From an uncultured Chloroflexia bacterium (GTDB taxonomy: Bacteria > Chloroflexota > Limnocylindria > Limnocylindrales > CSP1-4): DNA of 64,000 nt. Below, piece after piece: positions 42,834 to 54,974 of the stretch. The notes under the pieces were generated by a model. The model did not search any database and was not told where the DNA came from. It was given only the letters and a program-made list of their open reading frames with translations. The translations under genes were made by a program, and so were the position numbers. How positions within the stretch are numbered: the first letter of the stretch is position 1; each line of letters opens with the position of its first letter. The DNA lies in NCBI GenBank assembly GCA_963763775.1, contig CAVXPZ010000001.1:512001-576000 (forward strand), written 5' to 3'.

Positions 42834-43975
42834 AGACGACGCCCGTCACGTTCGCGTCACCGGTCGCGCCCGCCTCGTACAGCTGGGAGGCCACGAACGA
42901 GGAGGTCGCGGCGCGGTTCGGGATCCCGGTCGAGCAGGTCGTGCGGTTCGATCTCAACACGTCCCCGACGCCGCCGGACCTCGTCCGCGAGTTGCTCGCC
43001 GCCGGCCGCTTCGAGACCGAGCTGTCCGAGTACCCGCCGTCCGACTACCGCCGGCTCACCGCTGCCGCCGCGGCGCGGTATGGCGTGGGCGAGGACGAGA
43101 TCCTCGTCGGAGCCGGGGCGGACGAGGTCCTCGACCTCGTGGCGAAGACGTTCCTCCAGCCGGGCGACACGGCCGTGGTCCCGACACCCACCTACGCGAT
43201 GTACCGGGTCCTGACCGAACAGCGCGGGGCGACGGTCGCTCCGGTGCCCCGCCGTCCGCCCGCGGAGGGTTGGGCCCTCGACCTGGAGGCGGTCGCCCTG
43301 GCGGCCCGATCGGCGACCGTGGTCTGGCTGTGCAGCCCCAACAACCCGACCGCGCTCCCCGAGCCGGACGGGACGATCGCCGACCTGCTCAAGGCGATCC
43401 GGGACGACGCGGCGACCGACGGCCGTCCGGCGCCGATCGTCGTGCTGGACGAGGCCTACGCGGAGTTCGTCGGGGTTTCGCTCGCGTCGCTTCGCTCCGG
43501 ATATCCCGGCCTCATCGTCGTCCGCACCGCCAGCAAGGCCTATGCGCTGGCCGGCCTGCGCGTGGGGTTCGCCGTGGCCCGCCCCGAGGTCGTCGCCCGG
43601 ATGAACCCGTACCGGCCGCCGGGCTCCGTCTCCACGGTCTCAGTGACCGTCGTGACCGAGGCCCTCCTCCATCCGACGATCCTCGAGGGCAACCTGACCC
43701 GCGTCGAGCGCGAGCGGTCCCGTCTGAGCCTCGGCCTCTCGGCGGCGGGGTGGGCGGTCGGCCCATCGGTGACGAACTTCGTGCTGGTCGACTTCGGCAC
43801 GCCGGCGCTGGCCGCGGCCACTGCGGAGGGCCTGTTGCGAGCGGGCCTCGTGCCACGGACCTTCCCCAGCGGCCATCCTGCCGCCGCGTACCTGCGCCTC
43901 ACGGTCCGCGACACGGCGGAGAACGACCGGCTCATCGCGGCCGCCCACGCCATCACCACGGAGCTGCCCGCATGA
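42830..43975 (+). CDS. hisC: Histidinol-phosphate aminotransferase
   Basis: CSPNNPT, DEAYAEF, RTASKAYALAGLRVG. Confidence 0.93.
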   Translation: MKTTPVTFASPVAPASYSWEATNEEVAARFGIPVEQVVRFDLNTSPTPPDLVRELLAAGRFETELSEYPPSDYRRLTAAAAARYGVGEDEILVGAGADEVLDLVAKTFLQPGDTAVVPTPTYAMYRVLTEQRGATVAPVPRRPPAEGWALDLEAVALAARSATVVWLCSPNNPTALPEPDGTIADLLKAIRDDAATDGRPAPIVVLDEAYAEFVGVSLASLRSGYPGLIVVRTASKAYALAGLRVGFAVARPEVVARMNPYRPPGSVSTVSVTVVTEALLHPTILEGNLTRVERERSRLSLGLSAAGWAVGPSVTNFVLVDFGTPALAAATAEGLLRAGLVPRTFPSGHPAAAYLRLTVRDTAENDRLIAAAHAITTELPA

Positions 43976-44598
43976 CGACCCCGCTCGGCGACCTGACGCT
44001 CGGACCGCGCGAGGGCCGTCGCGTGACGGTCGCCCGCTCGACCCGGGAGACCGACATCACGGTCACGCTCGGCCTCGATGGTGCCGGGCATGCATCGATC
44101 GATACCGGGGTGGGCTTCTACGACCATCTCCTGTCGTCGTTCGCCCATCACGGGCTGTTCGACCTCGCCATCTCGTCGGACGGCGACCTCCAGGTGGACG
44201 AGCATCACACCGTCGAGGACGTGGCCCTGGTCCTGGGAGCCGCGGTCGCGGAAGCGCTGGGCGACCGTGCCGGGATCCGGCGTTTCGGCGAGGCCTCGGT
44301 CCCGATGGACGAGTCCCTCGCGACCGCGGTCGTGGACGTCGGCGGACGGCCGTATGCCGTCATCGACCTGCCATTCCGTGGCGAGCGCGTCGGCGCCCTC
44401 CCGACCCAGCTCATCGAGCACGCGCTCGAGGCCTTCGCGCGGACCTCCGGCATCACCGTGCACCTCCGCGGCATCGGCCGGAACGACCATCACCTGGCCG
44501 AAGCCGCGTTCAAGGCCCTCGCGTACGCGCTGCGGCAGGCCTGCGAGCCCGACCCGCGGCGTGATGGTGTCGCCTCGACGAAGGGGTCGCTCGGGTGA
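43972..44598 (+). CDS. hisB: Imidazoleglycerol-phosphate dehydratase
   Basis: [32 protein letters not shown]. Confidence 0.95.
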   Translation: MTTPLGDLTLGPREGRRVTVARSTRETDITVTLGLDGAGHASIDTGVGFYDHLLSSFAHHGLFDLAISSDGDLQVDEHHTVEDVALVLGAAVAEALGDRAGIRRFGEASVPMDESLATAVVDVGGRPYAVIDLPFRGERVGALPTQLIEHALEAFARTSGITVHLRGIGRNDHHLAEAAFKALAYALRQACEPDPRRDGVASTKGSLG

Positions 44599-45224
44599 GT
44601 CGCCGGCCGCGTATCGCCGTCGTGGACTACGGCGCCGGCAACCTCGTCAGCATCGACCAGGCGCTGACCACCGTCGGCGCGGAGGTCACGGTCATCCGCG
44701 ACGGCGCCGGACTGCGGGACGCGGACGCCCTGATCGTGCCCGGGGTCGGCGCGGCGGCACCCGCGATGGCCCGCATCGAGGCGCAGGGCCTGACCGCGCC
44801 GATCCGCGCGTGGCTGACGGGCGATCGGCCGTTCCTGGGGATCTGCCTGGGCCTGCAGCTCCTCTTCGAGCGCAGCGAGGAGGATGCCGCCACGACCTTC
44901 GGCTTCCTGCGCGGGGACACGGTCCGCCTCGACGACGCCCCCACCCTGCCGCACATCGGGTGGAACCAGGTGGAGCGCACCCGTCCCCACGAGCTGTTCG
45001 ACGGGATCGGCGAGGCCGCCGACTTCTACTTCGTCCACTCGTACGCCGGAGCGCCGGACCCGAACGACCGCGAGGTCGTCCTCGCCTGGACGCAGCACGG
45101 CGGCCGATTCGTGTCGGCCGTGGGCCGAGGCCCGGTCCTCGGCGTGCAGTTCCATCCCGAGCGGAGCGGCTCGGACGGCGTGGCGCTCCTCGGCAACTTC
45201 GTCTCGATCGTGCGGGCGGCCTGA
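44595..45224 (+). CDS. hisH: IGP synthase glutaminase subunit
   Basis: DYGAGN, GICLGLQ, PHIGWN, QFHPE. Confidence 0.95.
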   Translation: MSRRPRIAVVDYGAGNLVSIDQALTTVGAEVTVIRDGAGLRDADALIVPGVGAAAPAMARIEAQGLTAPIRAWLTGDRPFLGICLGLQLLFERSEEDAATTFGFLRGDTVRLDDAPTLPHIGWNQVERTRPHELFDGIGEAADFYFVHSYAGAPDPNDREVVLAWTQHGGRFVSAVGRGPVLGVQFHPERSGSDGVALLGNFVSIVRAA

Positions 45225-46027
45225 TGCTGCGCCACCGGGTGATCCCATGCCTCGACGTCGCCGATGGGCGCGTCGTCAAGGGCACGCGCTTCGTCGACCT
45301 CGTCGACGAAGGCGACCCGCCGGAACTCGCCGAGCGCTATGCCGCCGAAGGCGCGGACGAGCTCGTGTTCCTCGACATCACGGCCGCGCCGGAGCGCCGC
45401 GGCACCCTGCTCGACATCGTGGAGCGGACGGCGCGGCGCGCGTTCATCCCGCTCACCGTCGGCGGCGGCGTGCGGAGCGTGGACGAGATGCGCGACGTCC
45501 TCCGGGCCGGCGCCGACAAGGTCTCGCTCAACACCGCGGCGGTCGCCGACCCGGGGCTCATCACCCGGTGCGCCGAGCGGTTCGGACGGCAGGCGGTCGT
45601 CGTCGCCATCGACGCCCGGCGTCGCGCGGCCCCGGACGAGCACGGCACGGGTCCAGGGCAGGGCTGGGAGGTCGTCGTGCAAGGGGGTCGAGAGGCCACG
45701 GACCGCGACGTCGTCGCGTGGGCGCAGCAGGCCGTGGCCCTCGGCGCCGGCGAGCTGCTCGTGACCTCGATCGACCGCGACGGGACCGGCTCGGGCTTCG
45801 ACACGGACCTCCTGCGGGCGATCAGTGACCGCGTGCCGGTGCCAGTGATCGCCTCGGGCGGCGCCGCCGGCCCGGACGACTTCGTGGCCGCGATCCGCGA
45901 CGGCGGCGCCGACGCCGTCCTGGCCGCATCCATCTTCCACCGCCGGGTCCATGCCATCGCCGAGGTGAAGGCCGCCATGGCCGCGGCCGGCCTCCCGGTC
46001 CGCCTCGTGCCCGAGGCCGTGCGATGA
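45224..46027 (+). CDS. hisF: IGP synthase cyclase subunit
   Basis: [31 protein letters not shown]. Confidence 0.95.
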   Translation: MLRHRVIPCLDVADGRVVKGTRFVDLVDEGDPPELAERYAAEGADELVFLDITAAPERRGTLLDIVERTARRAFIPLTVGGGVRSVDEMRDVLRAGADKVSLNTAAVADPGLITRCAERFGRQAVVVAIDARRRAAPDEHGTGPGQGWEVVVQGGREATDRDVVAWAQQAVALGAGELLVTSIDRDGTGSGFDTDLLRAISDRVPVPVIASGGAAGPDDFVAAIRDGGADAVLAASIFHRRVHAIAEVKAAMAAAGLPVRLVPEAVR

Positions 46028-46695
46028 GCGTCCCGAACGTCGCCCCGGAGGTTGACTACGGGCCTGACGGCCTCGTCCCCGCCATCGTCCAGGACCGGGC
46101 GGACGGCCGCGTCCTGATGCTCGGGTACATGGACGCCGAGGCGCTCGGCGCGACGATCGAGCACGGCGAGGTCCACTTCCACTCGCGGTCGCGCGACCGG
46201 CTATGGCGCAAGGGCGAGACCAGCGGGCATGTGCTCCGACTCGTGTCGATCGCCGTGGACTGCGACGGCGACGCCCTCCTCGTCACCGTCGATCCGGTCG
46301 GCCCGACGTGCCATCGCGACACGCGGAGCTGCTTCGACGCGGACGGCGCCCCGCCGGCGCGCGACGACCCAGGGTTTCGCCTGGCTCGAGACCCTGTGGG
46401 CCACGATCGCCTCCCGTGCCGCCACGCGTCCCGCCGGCTCGTACACGACGAGCCTGCTGGAGGGCGGCGTCGACACGGTCGGCCGCAAGGTGACGGAGGA
46501 GGCGACCGAAGTGCTGCTGGCCGCCAAGGACGACGCCACGGCCCAAGCCACCGAGGCGCGATCGGACGGGGACCCAGGCCGCCCTGGCCGGCGAGGCCGG
46601 CGACCTCCTGTATCACGCGCTCGTGCTGCTCGCCGAGCGCGGCCTGGCGCCGTCGGCGGTCCTCGAGACCCTGCCGGGCGCGCCACACGGCCTAG
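46024..46695 (+). CDS. hisIE: Bifunctional PR-AMP cyclohydrolase/PR-ATP pyrophosphatase (frameshifts near 46370 and 46575)
   Basis: [21 protein letters not shown]...SCF; [15 protein letters not shown]; EAGDLLYH. Confidence 0.88.
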   Translation: MSVPNVAPEVDYGPDGLVPAIVQDRADGRVLMLGYMDAEALGATIEHGEVHFHSRSRDRLWRKGETSGHVLRLVSIAVDCDGDALLVTVDPVGPTCHRDTRSCFDADGAPPARDDPGFRLARDPVGHDRLPCRHASRRLVHDEPAGGRRRHGRPQGDGGGDRSAAGRQGRRHGPSHRGAIGRGPRPPWPARPATSCITRSCCSPSAAWRRRRSSRPCRARHTA

Positions 46696-47106
46696 TCCAC
46701 CGGCGGGTCGATCACCACGCAGTCGAACCCCGCCTGGGTCGCGTCGGTCCCGGTGCACGAGAGTCCCGCGGCGCGGCGTGACCCGTCCTCGAACGTGACC
46801 ACGACCACGCGGACCGAGCCGCCGCCGCGGTTCGCGACGATGACGGAGCCGCTCGCGTCCACGTACGCGCCCTCTTCATAGACCTTCGCGGTCTTGTACG
46901 GCCGGCCGTCGTCGATGGTGGCCCGCGCCGGCGGCACCATGGCCGCGCAGGTCGCGGTGACCGGCTTCGCCGATGTCGGCGGGCACTCCTCGATGAACCC
47001 GCCCGTCGCCCAGCCGTCGATGCGGTCCGATCGCCGCCCCGCCGCCGCAGGCGCCCGCCAGCGCCGCCCCGACCATCGCGAGGGCGAGCCGGCGGTCCGC
47101 GTTCAC
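46692..47106 (-). CDS. Hypothetical lipoprotein (frameshift near 47025)
   Basis: [20 protein letters not shown] lipobox, continuing into ORF 46692..46940. Confidence 0.5.
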
Positions 47107-48395
47107 CCCACGCGGCGCCCGATCTCGCGACGCCGTTTGCCGATGCGGACGTCCAGCCACTCCCCCGCGATCGGTTCGGGGACGTGGTCGGGGTCGCTGA
47201 CGCGCGCGCCGTTCACCGTGACGCCGCCGGCGGCGATCATCCGGCGCGCCTCGCCGCGCGACGCGAACAGCCCGGCGTCTGCCAGCAAGACGGCGGTCCC
47301 GCCGGCGAGACCCGCCGGGTCGAACCGGAACCCGCCGGTCGAATCGAAGAGCGCCTGGAGCGCAGCCGGGTCCGCGATCGCGGCCGTCGAGAAGCGGGCT
47401 GACGCATCCGCGACCGCGCGGTCGGCGGCCTCCTGGCCATGCGTGCGGGCGGTGATGTCGAGCGCGAGCGCCCGTTGCCCCGGCCGCCCTTCCGGTGCCG
47501 CGGCGGCCTCCGCTTCGAGCGCCTCGATGCGCTCGCGCGGGAACTCCGTGAACCAGCGCAGGTACGTGCCGATGTCGCGGTCGTCGGTGTTCAGCCAGTA
47601 CTGGTAGAAGTCGAACGGCGACGTGCGGTCCGGGTCCAGCCAGACCGAGTCGCCGTCGGCGCTCTTGCCGAACTTCGAGCCCGACGGCGAGAGCAGGAGC
47701 TTGTACGCGAGCCCATGGGCCGGCTCGTGGCCGTCGTCGGCGTCGGTCGTCCGACGGATCAGCTCGAGCCCGGCGGTGATGTTCCCCCACTGGTCCGCGC
47801 CGCCCATCTGGAGCTCGACGCCCATCGTCCGGTGCATGTGGGCGAAGTCGTACGACTGCAGCAGCATGTAGCTGAACTCGGTGAAGGACAGGCCGCGCTC
47901 CAGGCGCTGCTGGACGGAGTCCTTGGCCAGCATGTACGGCACGGTGAAATGCTTGCCGGTGTCGCGCAGGAAGTCGATCAACGACAGCTGGCCGAGCCAG
48001 TCGAGGTTGTTGACGAGGATCGCTCCCGTGCCGGGCGTGAAATCGAGGAATCGCTCGAGCTGGGCGCCGATCCCGGCCACGTTGCGGGCCAACGTCTCGC
48101 GGTCGAGGAGGTTCCGTTCGGACGATCGCCCGGACGGGTCCCCGATCATCCCCGTGCCCCCACCGACGAGGGCGACCGGGCGGCCGCCGAACCGCTGGAG
48201 CCGGAGCAGCCCGAAGATCGGGATCAGGTGCCCCACATGCAGCGAGGCGCCCGACGGGTCGAAGCCGATGTACCCCGAGACCGACCGACCGGTCGCCAGG
48301 CGCGCCGCCAGACCGGGCGTCGTGGCGTGGAGGATGCCGCGCCATTCGAGCTCGTCGATGAGGCCGCTGAGCGCGGGCGCGTCGGCGGGCGTCAC
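47103..48395 (-). CDS. tyrS: Tyrosyl-tRNA synthetase
   Basis: GFDPS..SLHVGH, GGADQWGN, KFGKS, C-terminal S4 domain. Confidence 0.96.
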   Translation of the reverse strand: MTPADAPALSGLIDELEWRGILHATTPGLAARLATGRSVSGYIGFDPSGASLHVGHLIPIFGLLRLQRFGGRPVALVGGGTGMIGDPSGRSSERNLLDRETLARNVAGIGAQLERFLDFTPGTGAILVNNLDWLGQLSLIDFLRDTGKHFTVPYMLAKDSVQQRLERGLSFTEFSYMLLQSYDFAHMHRTMGVELQMGGADQWGNITAGLELIRRTTDADDGHEPAHGLAYKLLLSPSGSKFGKSADGDSVWLDPDRTSPFDFYQYWLNTDDRDIGTYLRWFTEFPRERIEALEAEAAAAPEGRPGQRALALDITARTHGQEAADRAVADASARFSTAAIADPAALQALFDSTGGFRFDPAGLAGGTAVLLADAGLFASRGEARRMIAAGGVTVNGARVSDPDHVPEPIAGEWLDVRIGKRRREIGRRVG

Positions 48396-48478
48396 AGCGG
48401 GCAGGGGCGGCGCGTCTGGACCCGTCGGGGGGAGCTCGACCGTTGATTCACGCTCCCTATGCTATCGTGCGGCCACTC

Positions 48479-51167
48479 ATGCAGACCAGCCTCGCGCGGC
48501 GCCGGCGCCAACGAAGAGCGCTCCAGGGCCGCCCCCAGCAGGCGGGTCGCGGCTCGATCATCGGTCGGGTCGCCCTCGTCGTCCTGCTCGTCTTCCTCCT
48601 CATCGCCCTGCTGACCGCCGGCACGGGCCTCGTCTTCGCCGTGGGCGCGTACAACCACTACGCGCAGGGCCTGCCGGATCCGAAGGCCGCCCTCACGAAC
48701 CTCACGTACGAGCAGCAGACGATCCTCTACGACCGGACCGGCAAGGTCGAGCTCGCCCGCCTCGGCGAACTCAAGCGTGAGGTCGTGTCCTACGACGAGA
48801 TCCCCGGCGAGATGATCGACGCGACCACCGCGATCGAGGACAAGGACTTCTGGCAGAACTCCGGCTTCGACCCGATCGCCTTCGTCTCCGCCGGTCTCGA
48901 CACGATCTCGGGCCGCCCGCGTGGCGCCTCGACGATCACCCAGCAGCTCGTCCGAGCCCGCCTCCTGCCGCCCACCGCGTTCGAGGGGACGGTGTACGAG
49001 CGCAAGTTCCGCGAGATCATCCAGTCGGTCCGCCTCACGAGCGCCTTCCCCGGTGAGCAGGGCAAGGAATCGATCATCACGGCCTACCTGAACCAGAACT
49101 TCTACGGGAACGGCAGCTACGGCGTGAAGGCGGCCGCGAAGGGCTACTTCGGCAAGCCGCTCTCGCAGCTCTCGCTGGCCCAGTTCGCGATCCTGGCCGC
49201 GATCCCGCAGTCGCCGACGAAGTTCGACCTCATGAAGAACGCCGACGAGTTCTGCCCGGGCCAGCCCGAGCCCGGCGGCGACTGCGGCGACGACGTCCAG
49301 CTCATCGTGCCGGCGAGCTCGGAGATCGTGCAGCGGCGCAACTTCGTCCTCGACCTCATGAAGACCCGCTCCACGCTGACCGGCTCCAAGCACACCGCCG
49401 CCGAGTACGAGGCCGCCAAGCAGGAGCCCGTCGTCCTGACGCCGCTCGTCTCCGCCAACTGGAAGGCGCCGCATTTCGTGTGGCAGGTCCGCAAGGACCT
49501 CGCCGAGATCCTGTGCCCGGACACCCCCGATACCTGCGACAAGGTGGACGTCGGCGGCTACCACGTGACGACGACGGTCGACATGCGCCTGCAGAAGATC
49601 GCCGAGAAGTACGTCTACGCCGCGGCCCGCGCCCCGAACGCACGGGATCCGCGCTCGGTCCTGCGGTCCAAGGGGATCGCCGGGAAGCACTACAGCTGGA
49701 TCCTGGGCCTGCGCGGCCACAACATCCACAACGCCGCCGCGGGCGTCATCGACTACCGCACGGGCGAGGTCCTCGCCTACGTCGGCAGCGCGAGCTACAC
49801 GTCGAAGGGCAACAGGAAGTTCCAGCCCCAGTTCGACGTCCTGGCCGACGGCTGGCGCCAGCCGGGTTCGGCGATCAAGCCGATCGACTACCTGGTCGGC
49901 ATCGATGACAAGACCCTGACCGCTGCGACGATGTTCATGGACGTCACGACGGACTTCGGCCACGGCTTCATGCCGACCCAGGCCGACAAGCTCGAGCGCG
50001 GACCCGTCCGCCTGCGCAATGCCCTCCAGTTCTCGCTCAACATCCCCGCGATCAAGGCCGGGATCATCACCGGGCTCGACCACCTGTTCCAGCGCACCCA
50101 GGAGTTCGGGATCCATTACCCGAAGACCGCGAGTCCGGTGGTGTCGATGGGGATCGGCACGCTCGAGGTGCACCCGATCGACCTGCTCGGCGCCTACGGC
50201 ACGGCCGCCAACGGCGGCGTCCTGATGCCGCGTCGGACGATCCTCGAGGTCAACGGACGACAACGGGAACGTCGTGTGGCCGCAGAAGGGCGAGGAGCCC
50301 GTCGGCAAGCGCGTGGTCAGCAAGCAGGCCGCCTACATCATCACGGACATCCTCGCGGGCAACACCGTGAAGACCATCAACCCGTTCTGGGGCAAGTTCG
50401 CGATCTACGACGGGGGTCGTCGTCGCCCGGCCGCCTACAAGACGGGCACCACGAGCGACAACCGCGACGTGGCCGCCTACGGCTTCCTGGCGCCGCCGAA
50501 GGACCCGAAGGCCCCGGCCCTCGCCGTCGGCGTCTGGATGGGCAACAGCGACAACTCGCCCAACGACGGGAAGCTCTCGCTCGACACGTCGGCGCCGCTG
50601 TGGTCCGCGATCCTGACCGACATCAGCAAGGGGATGCCGATCGCCTCGTTCCGGGCGCCCTCGGGCCTCAAGACGGCCAGCGTGGACGCCTTCACCGGCC
50701 TCAAGCCCGGCCCCTTCACCTCGAAGAAGGTCCAGGAGCTCTTCATCCCCGGGACCGTGCCGACCCAGCGCGAGACGAACCGCGTCGCCAAGCAGATCGA
50801 CAAGGCCAGCGGGCTGCTCTGGCAGGACGGCTGCGTCGGCCCCGAGGTCACCAAGGGCTTCTTCAACATCGGCGAGATCGACTCGGCCTTCCCGAACTGG
50901 CAGAAAGCGGACCGCAACTGGGCCGCACGTGCCGCGAAGGGCTCCGGCGTCCGGGGGACCCCCAAGGGGACCCGCACCGCCTACTTCTACAACGGGGCGT
51001 TCGCGCCGTTCGGCCGATCGTGGGGCGCGCCGTTCGCGCCGACGAAGAAGTGCCCGCTGGCGCCGCCGCCGGCCTGCGACCCGCTCGACCCGACGCTGAT
51101 CACGCCGTGCCCGAGCCTCCCGCCCGAGCCGACGCCGACCCCGACGCCGAAGCCGAAGAAGCCCTGA
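48479..51167 (+). CDS. Class A penicillin-binding protein, transglycosylase/transpeptidase (frameshift near 50260)
   Basis: IEDKDF, GASTITQQL, RKFRE, YLN; SAIK, SLN, KTG. Confidence 0.92.
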
Positions 51168-51183
51168 CCGAGCCGGCGGCGCG

Positions 51184-53549
51184 CTAGAGCGACACGATCG
51201 TCGCGCCGTCGCCCCCCTCGCCGCGCTCGCCGGGGCGGACGGCGGTCACCAACGGATGGTCCGCGGCCTCGCGACGCACGGCGTCCCGCAGCGCCCCCGT
51301 CCCCAGACCGTGGATGATCGTGACCCGATCGAGTCCGGCCAGCCCGGCGTCGTCGAGATAGCGCGTCAGGGCCTCGAGCGCCTCGTCCACCCGGGCGCCG
51401 CGCAGGTCGAGCGATGAGGCGACCGAGTTGGCCCGGGCGAGTCGGAGCGCGGCGGCGTTCGACGTCGACGCTGTGGCCTTCGCCGAACCGGTGGACGGCG
51501 CCGGCTCCGGCCCGCCGAGCGCGAGATCCAGGTCATCGACGTCGACCGTGACGCGCATGCCGCCCGCCTCCAGGGTGGCGCGCTTGCCGCCACGTTCCAG
51601 CGCCGCGATCCGCCCCTCCCAGCCGCCGGACCGGCTCCGTGCCCGGTCGCCGAGCCGCCAGACGTGATCCGCCGCGACGAGCACGGGATCGGGTACCGGC
51701 TCCTCGTCCGGCGGGAGCGTGGAGGCCGTGTCGGCCGCCCGGTCCAGCGCGGCGTCCAGGGAGGTGGCGGTGATGGTCTCGCGGTCCAGGGCGTTCCGCA
51801 GGTCCTGGACCTCCTCGCGGAGTGCCGCGAGGACCTTGTCCGCCTCGGCGCGGGCGGCCCGCACGGTCTCGTCCCGCTCGCGACGGGCGCGACGGCGCTC
51901 GTCCTCGGCGATCCGCAGCTGGTCGGTCGCACGGAGCTCGGCGGCCCGTGCGCGGTCCAGCGCCTCGCTCGTCTCGCCCTCGGTCGCCTTGAGCGACGCC
52001 AGGGTCGCCTCGAAGGAGCGCTGCGACTCGCTGAGCCGCGACCTCGCGTCGCCGACGATCCCCTCGGGCAGGCCCAGCCGCTCGGCGATCGCGAACGCCT
52101 GGCTGCCGCCCGGGAGCCCGATCGTCAGACGGTACGTCGGGCTCAACGATTCCAGGTCGAACTCGACGGCGGCGTTGCTCGCGCCAGGCGTCGTGTGCGC
52201 GTAGGCCTTGAGCTCGGCGTAGTGGGTGGTCGCGGCCACGATCGAACCGGCGCGGAGGAAGTGGTCCAGGAGCGCCTGGGCGAGCGCGGAGCCCTCGGTC
52301 GGATCCGTCCCGGCGCCCAGCTCGTCGAGCAGGACCAGGGTCCCTGGCCCGGCCTCGGCCACGATCCGGATGATCGACCGCAGGTGCCCGGAGAACGTCG
52401 AGAGCGACTGCGCGATCGACTGCTCGTCGCCGATGTCGGCGAAGACATCGCGCCAGATCGGGAGGCGGCTCCCCGACGCGGCCGGGACGTGGAGACCTGC
52501 CTGGTGCATCAGGCTGAGGAGCCCCAGCGTGCGCAGGGTCACCGTCTTGCCGCCCGTGTTCGGGCCGGTCACGACCAGCGCGCGGACCTCGTCGCCGAGC
52601 CGGATGTCGATCGGCACGACCCGGCCGGTCAGGCCCGGGTGCCGCGCCGAGAGCAGGACCACCACCGTCTCCGGATGACGTCTCGGCCCGGACGCCGTCC
52701 ATGTCGGCCGCGAGGCTCGCCTTGGCGGCCCAGAAGTCGAACCGCGCGAGCGCGTCCAGGGTCTCGCGCAGCGGCGCCGCGTTCGCCGCCACGAAGGCCG
52801 ACAGCTCGTCGAGGATCCGCGCGACTTCCTCGGCCTCGGCGACCTGGGCCTCGCGCCAGGCGTTCCCGAGCTCCACGGCGACGAGCGGCTCGATGAACAG
52901 GGTCTGGCCGCTGCCCGAGGCGTCGTGGACGATGCCCTTGACCTTGGAGCGGGCCTCGGCCTTGACGGGCACGACGTACCGGCCGTTGCGGAGCGTGATG
53001 ATCGGTTCCTGCAGCGCGGATCCCAGCTCCGCGCCGACCAAGCGCATCGAGCCGGCGTCGCAGGCGGTCGTAGGCCACGCGCACCGACGCGCGAAGCCCG
53101 CCGAGCCGTGGCGATGCGGTGTCGAGAAGCTCCCCCACCGGGTCGAAGCTGCGCGCCAGCGTGCTCCGGAGCGCCGGCAGCGTGTGCAGATCGCCCGCGA
53201 GGTCGCGCAGCAGCGCTCGTCGCTCATCGGCCAGCACGGCGACCAGCCGGACCGTCGCGTCGAGCGTGTCGGCGATCTCGAGGAACTGGGCGGGCTCCAG
53301 GCGGCCGGCGCGCGCCGCGCGTTCGATCGCAGGGCCGATGTCACGGGCCGCGCCGACCCCCACCCCGGGCCGCTCGGCGAGCAGCGCACGCGTCTGGTCG
53401 GTCTCGTCGAGGCCGCGAGCCACGATGACCGGGTCGCTCGACGGTTCGAGGGCCTCCGCGAGGCGCCGGGACGGCGGGAACGACGTCGCCTCGGCGAGAC
53501 GAGCCCGGACGAGCGGGAATTCCAGCAGCGCGAGGGAGCGGGGATCCAT
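51184..53549 (-). CDS. mutS2: MutS2 endonuclease (frameshifts near 53045 and 52670)
   Basis: TGPNTGGKT, SLSTFS, DELGAGTDP, Smr domain LDLRG..IIHGLGTG. Confidence 0.92.
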
Positions 53550-53563
53550 GGCGCCGCCCGCCG

Positions 53564-54236
53564 TCAACGCGCGGAGCGCGGGCCGGAGACGGACGGGTGT
53601 CCTGCGACGACGAGCCGCCAGGGCACCGACGACCACGGTTCGCCGGCATACGCGATCCCGATCCGCGGCGTCGCGACGATCGGTGCGGCGACGACACCGC
53701 CGGCCGGTCGCTCGAGACGAAGCGGTGCGTGCGGGTCGCACAGGTCGATGCCGGTCCAGCCGCGGTCGAGGCCCAGGGCCGCACCGACGAGACCCGGGCC
53801 GCTGGCCACGCGCGCATCCGGGATGGCGGCCGTGCGGCGCGAGGACGATGGGTCAGCGGTCCGCGCGGCGTGACGGCGCGACGCGGTCACGCGGGCGCGG
53901 TCCAGCCGGAGCAGGTCGATCCCCTCGAGCGGCTCGATGGCGCGGATGAGCACCGCGGCGGCCGAGCCATCCCGGCCGGTCACCACGTTCAGGCAGTCGT
54001 ACATCCCGTAGACAAGGTACACGTAGGCGACGCCCGCCGGCCCGAACATGACGGCGTTGCGCCGCGTGCGGCCGAAGCGCGAATGCGAGGCGCGATCCTC
54101 TGGTCCGTCGTACGCCTCGACCTCGACGATGCGGCCGGATCGCCGCCCGGTGGCGTCGTCGCGGACGATGGCGAGGCCCAGGAGCGCGCGGGCTGCCTCG
54201 ACCGGCCCACCCTCGAGGGCCGACCGGTCGACGACG
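53564..54236 (-). CDS. mpg: DNA-3-methyladenine glycosylase (start uncertain)
   Basis: GRIVEVEAY..EDRASH, YVYLVYGMY, AVLIRA, GPG, PRIGI. Confidence 0.88.
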
Positions 54237-54825
54237 TCAGCCGCGGGGGTAGTTCCGCTCGATCCAGTCCGGGACGATGAAGCCCGTGAGCAGGAAGAAC
54301 GTCGGGATGACCGTCTCGCGGAAGATTCGCGGCCGAGTTCGTCGGGTCGATCTGCTCCCAGAACTGCCGGACGAACTTGAGCTCCTGGCCGTCCACCGGG
54401 ATCCCGGGGATCCGGAAGAACGAGTCGAGGATGACGAGGATGCAGCCGAAGATGAGGCCCGCCTCGATGATGCCGAGGATGCCGCCGATGAGCTCGTCGA
54501 GGAACCGCGCCTTCTGGAAGAGCGGCTGCGGCTTGTACAACCCCTGCACGACGACCGCGAAGGCGATCGACGACGCGAGGAAGACCGTGAGGAACCCCAC
54601 CATCGTGGCGTATTCCTTGGAGAACTGCGTCCAGTTGCTCCCGAGGTAGTTCCCGAGCGGCTCGGCGACGTTGGCGGCGAACAGGAACGAGAAGAGGATC
54701 GAGCCGATGCCGATGAGCCGGCGGATCGTCCCCTGGGCGAACCCGAGGACGAAGAACGCCATGAAGTACAGGAAGATGAGCAAGTCGACGCGGTTGACTG
54801 TGCTCAGGAATCCCGAGAGATCCAC
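54237..54825 (-). CDS. CvpA (colicin V production) family membrane protein (frameshift near 54330)
   Basis: VDLLI..GFAQG.IR, LDELIGGILG; AAAGGAG RBS. Confidence 0.8.
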
Positions 54826-54974
54826 TGATGCTCCTTTGTGGCGTCCGATCCCCGGCCTGGCCCGGGGCCGCGCAAGCCTAGCAGCGGCCAAACGCGGGTC
54901 GCAAGGGGGTCCGACCCCGGTCGGGTGGGTCCGGGGCGGTCTGGGGCCGTCCGGGGGCCTCTGGGGCCGTCCAG

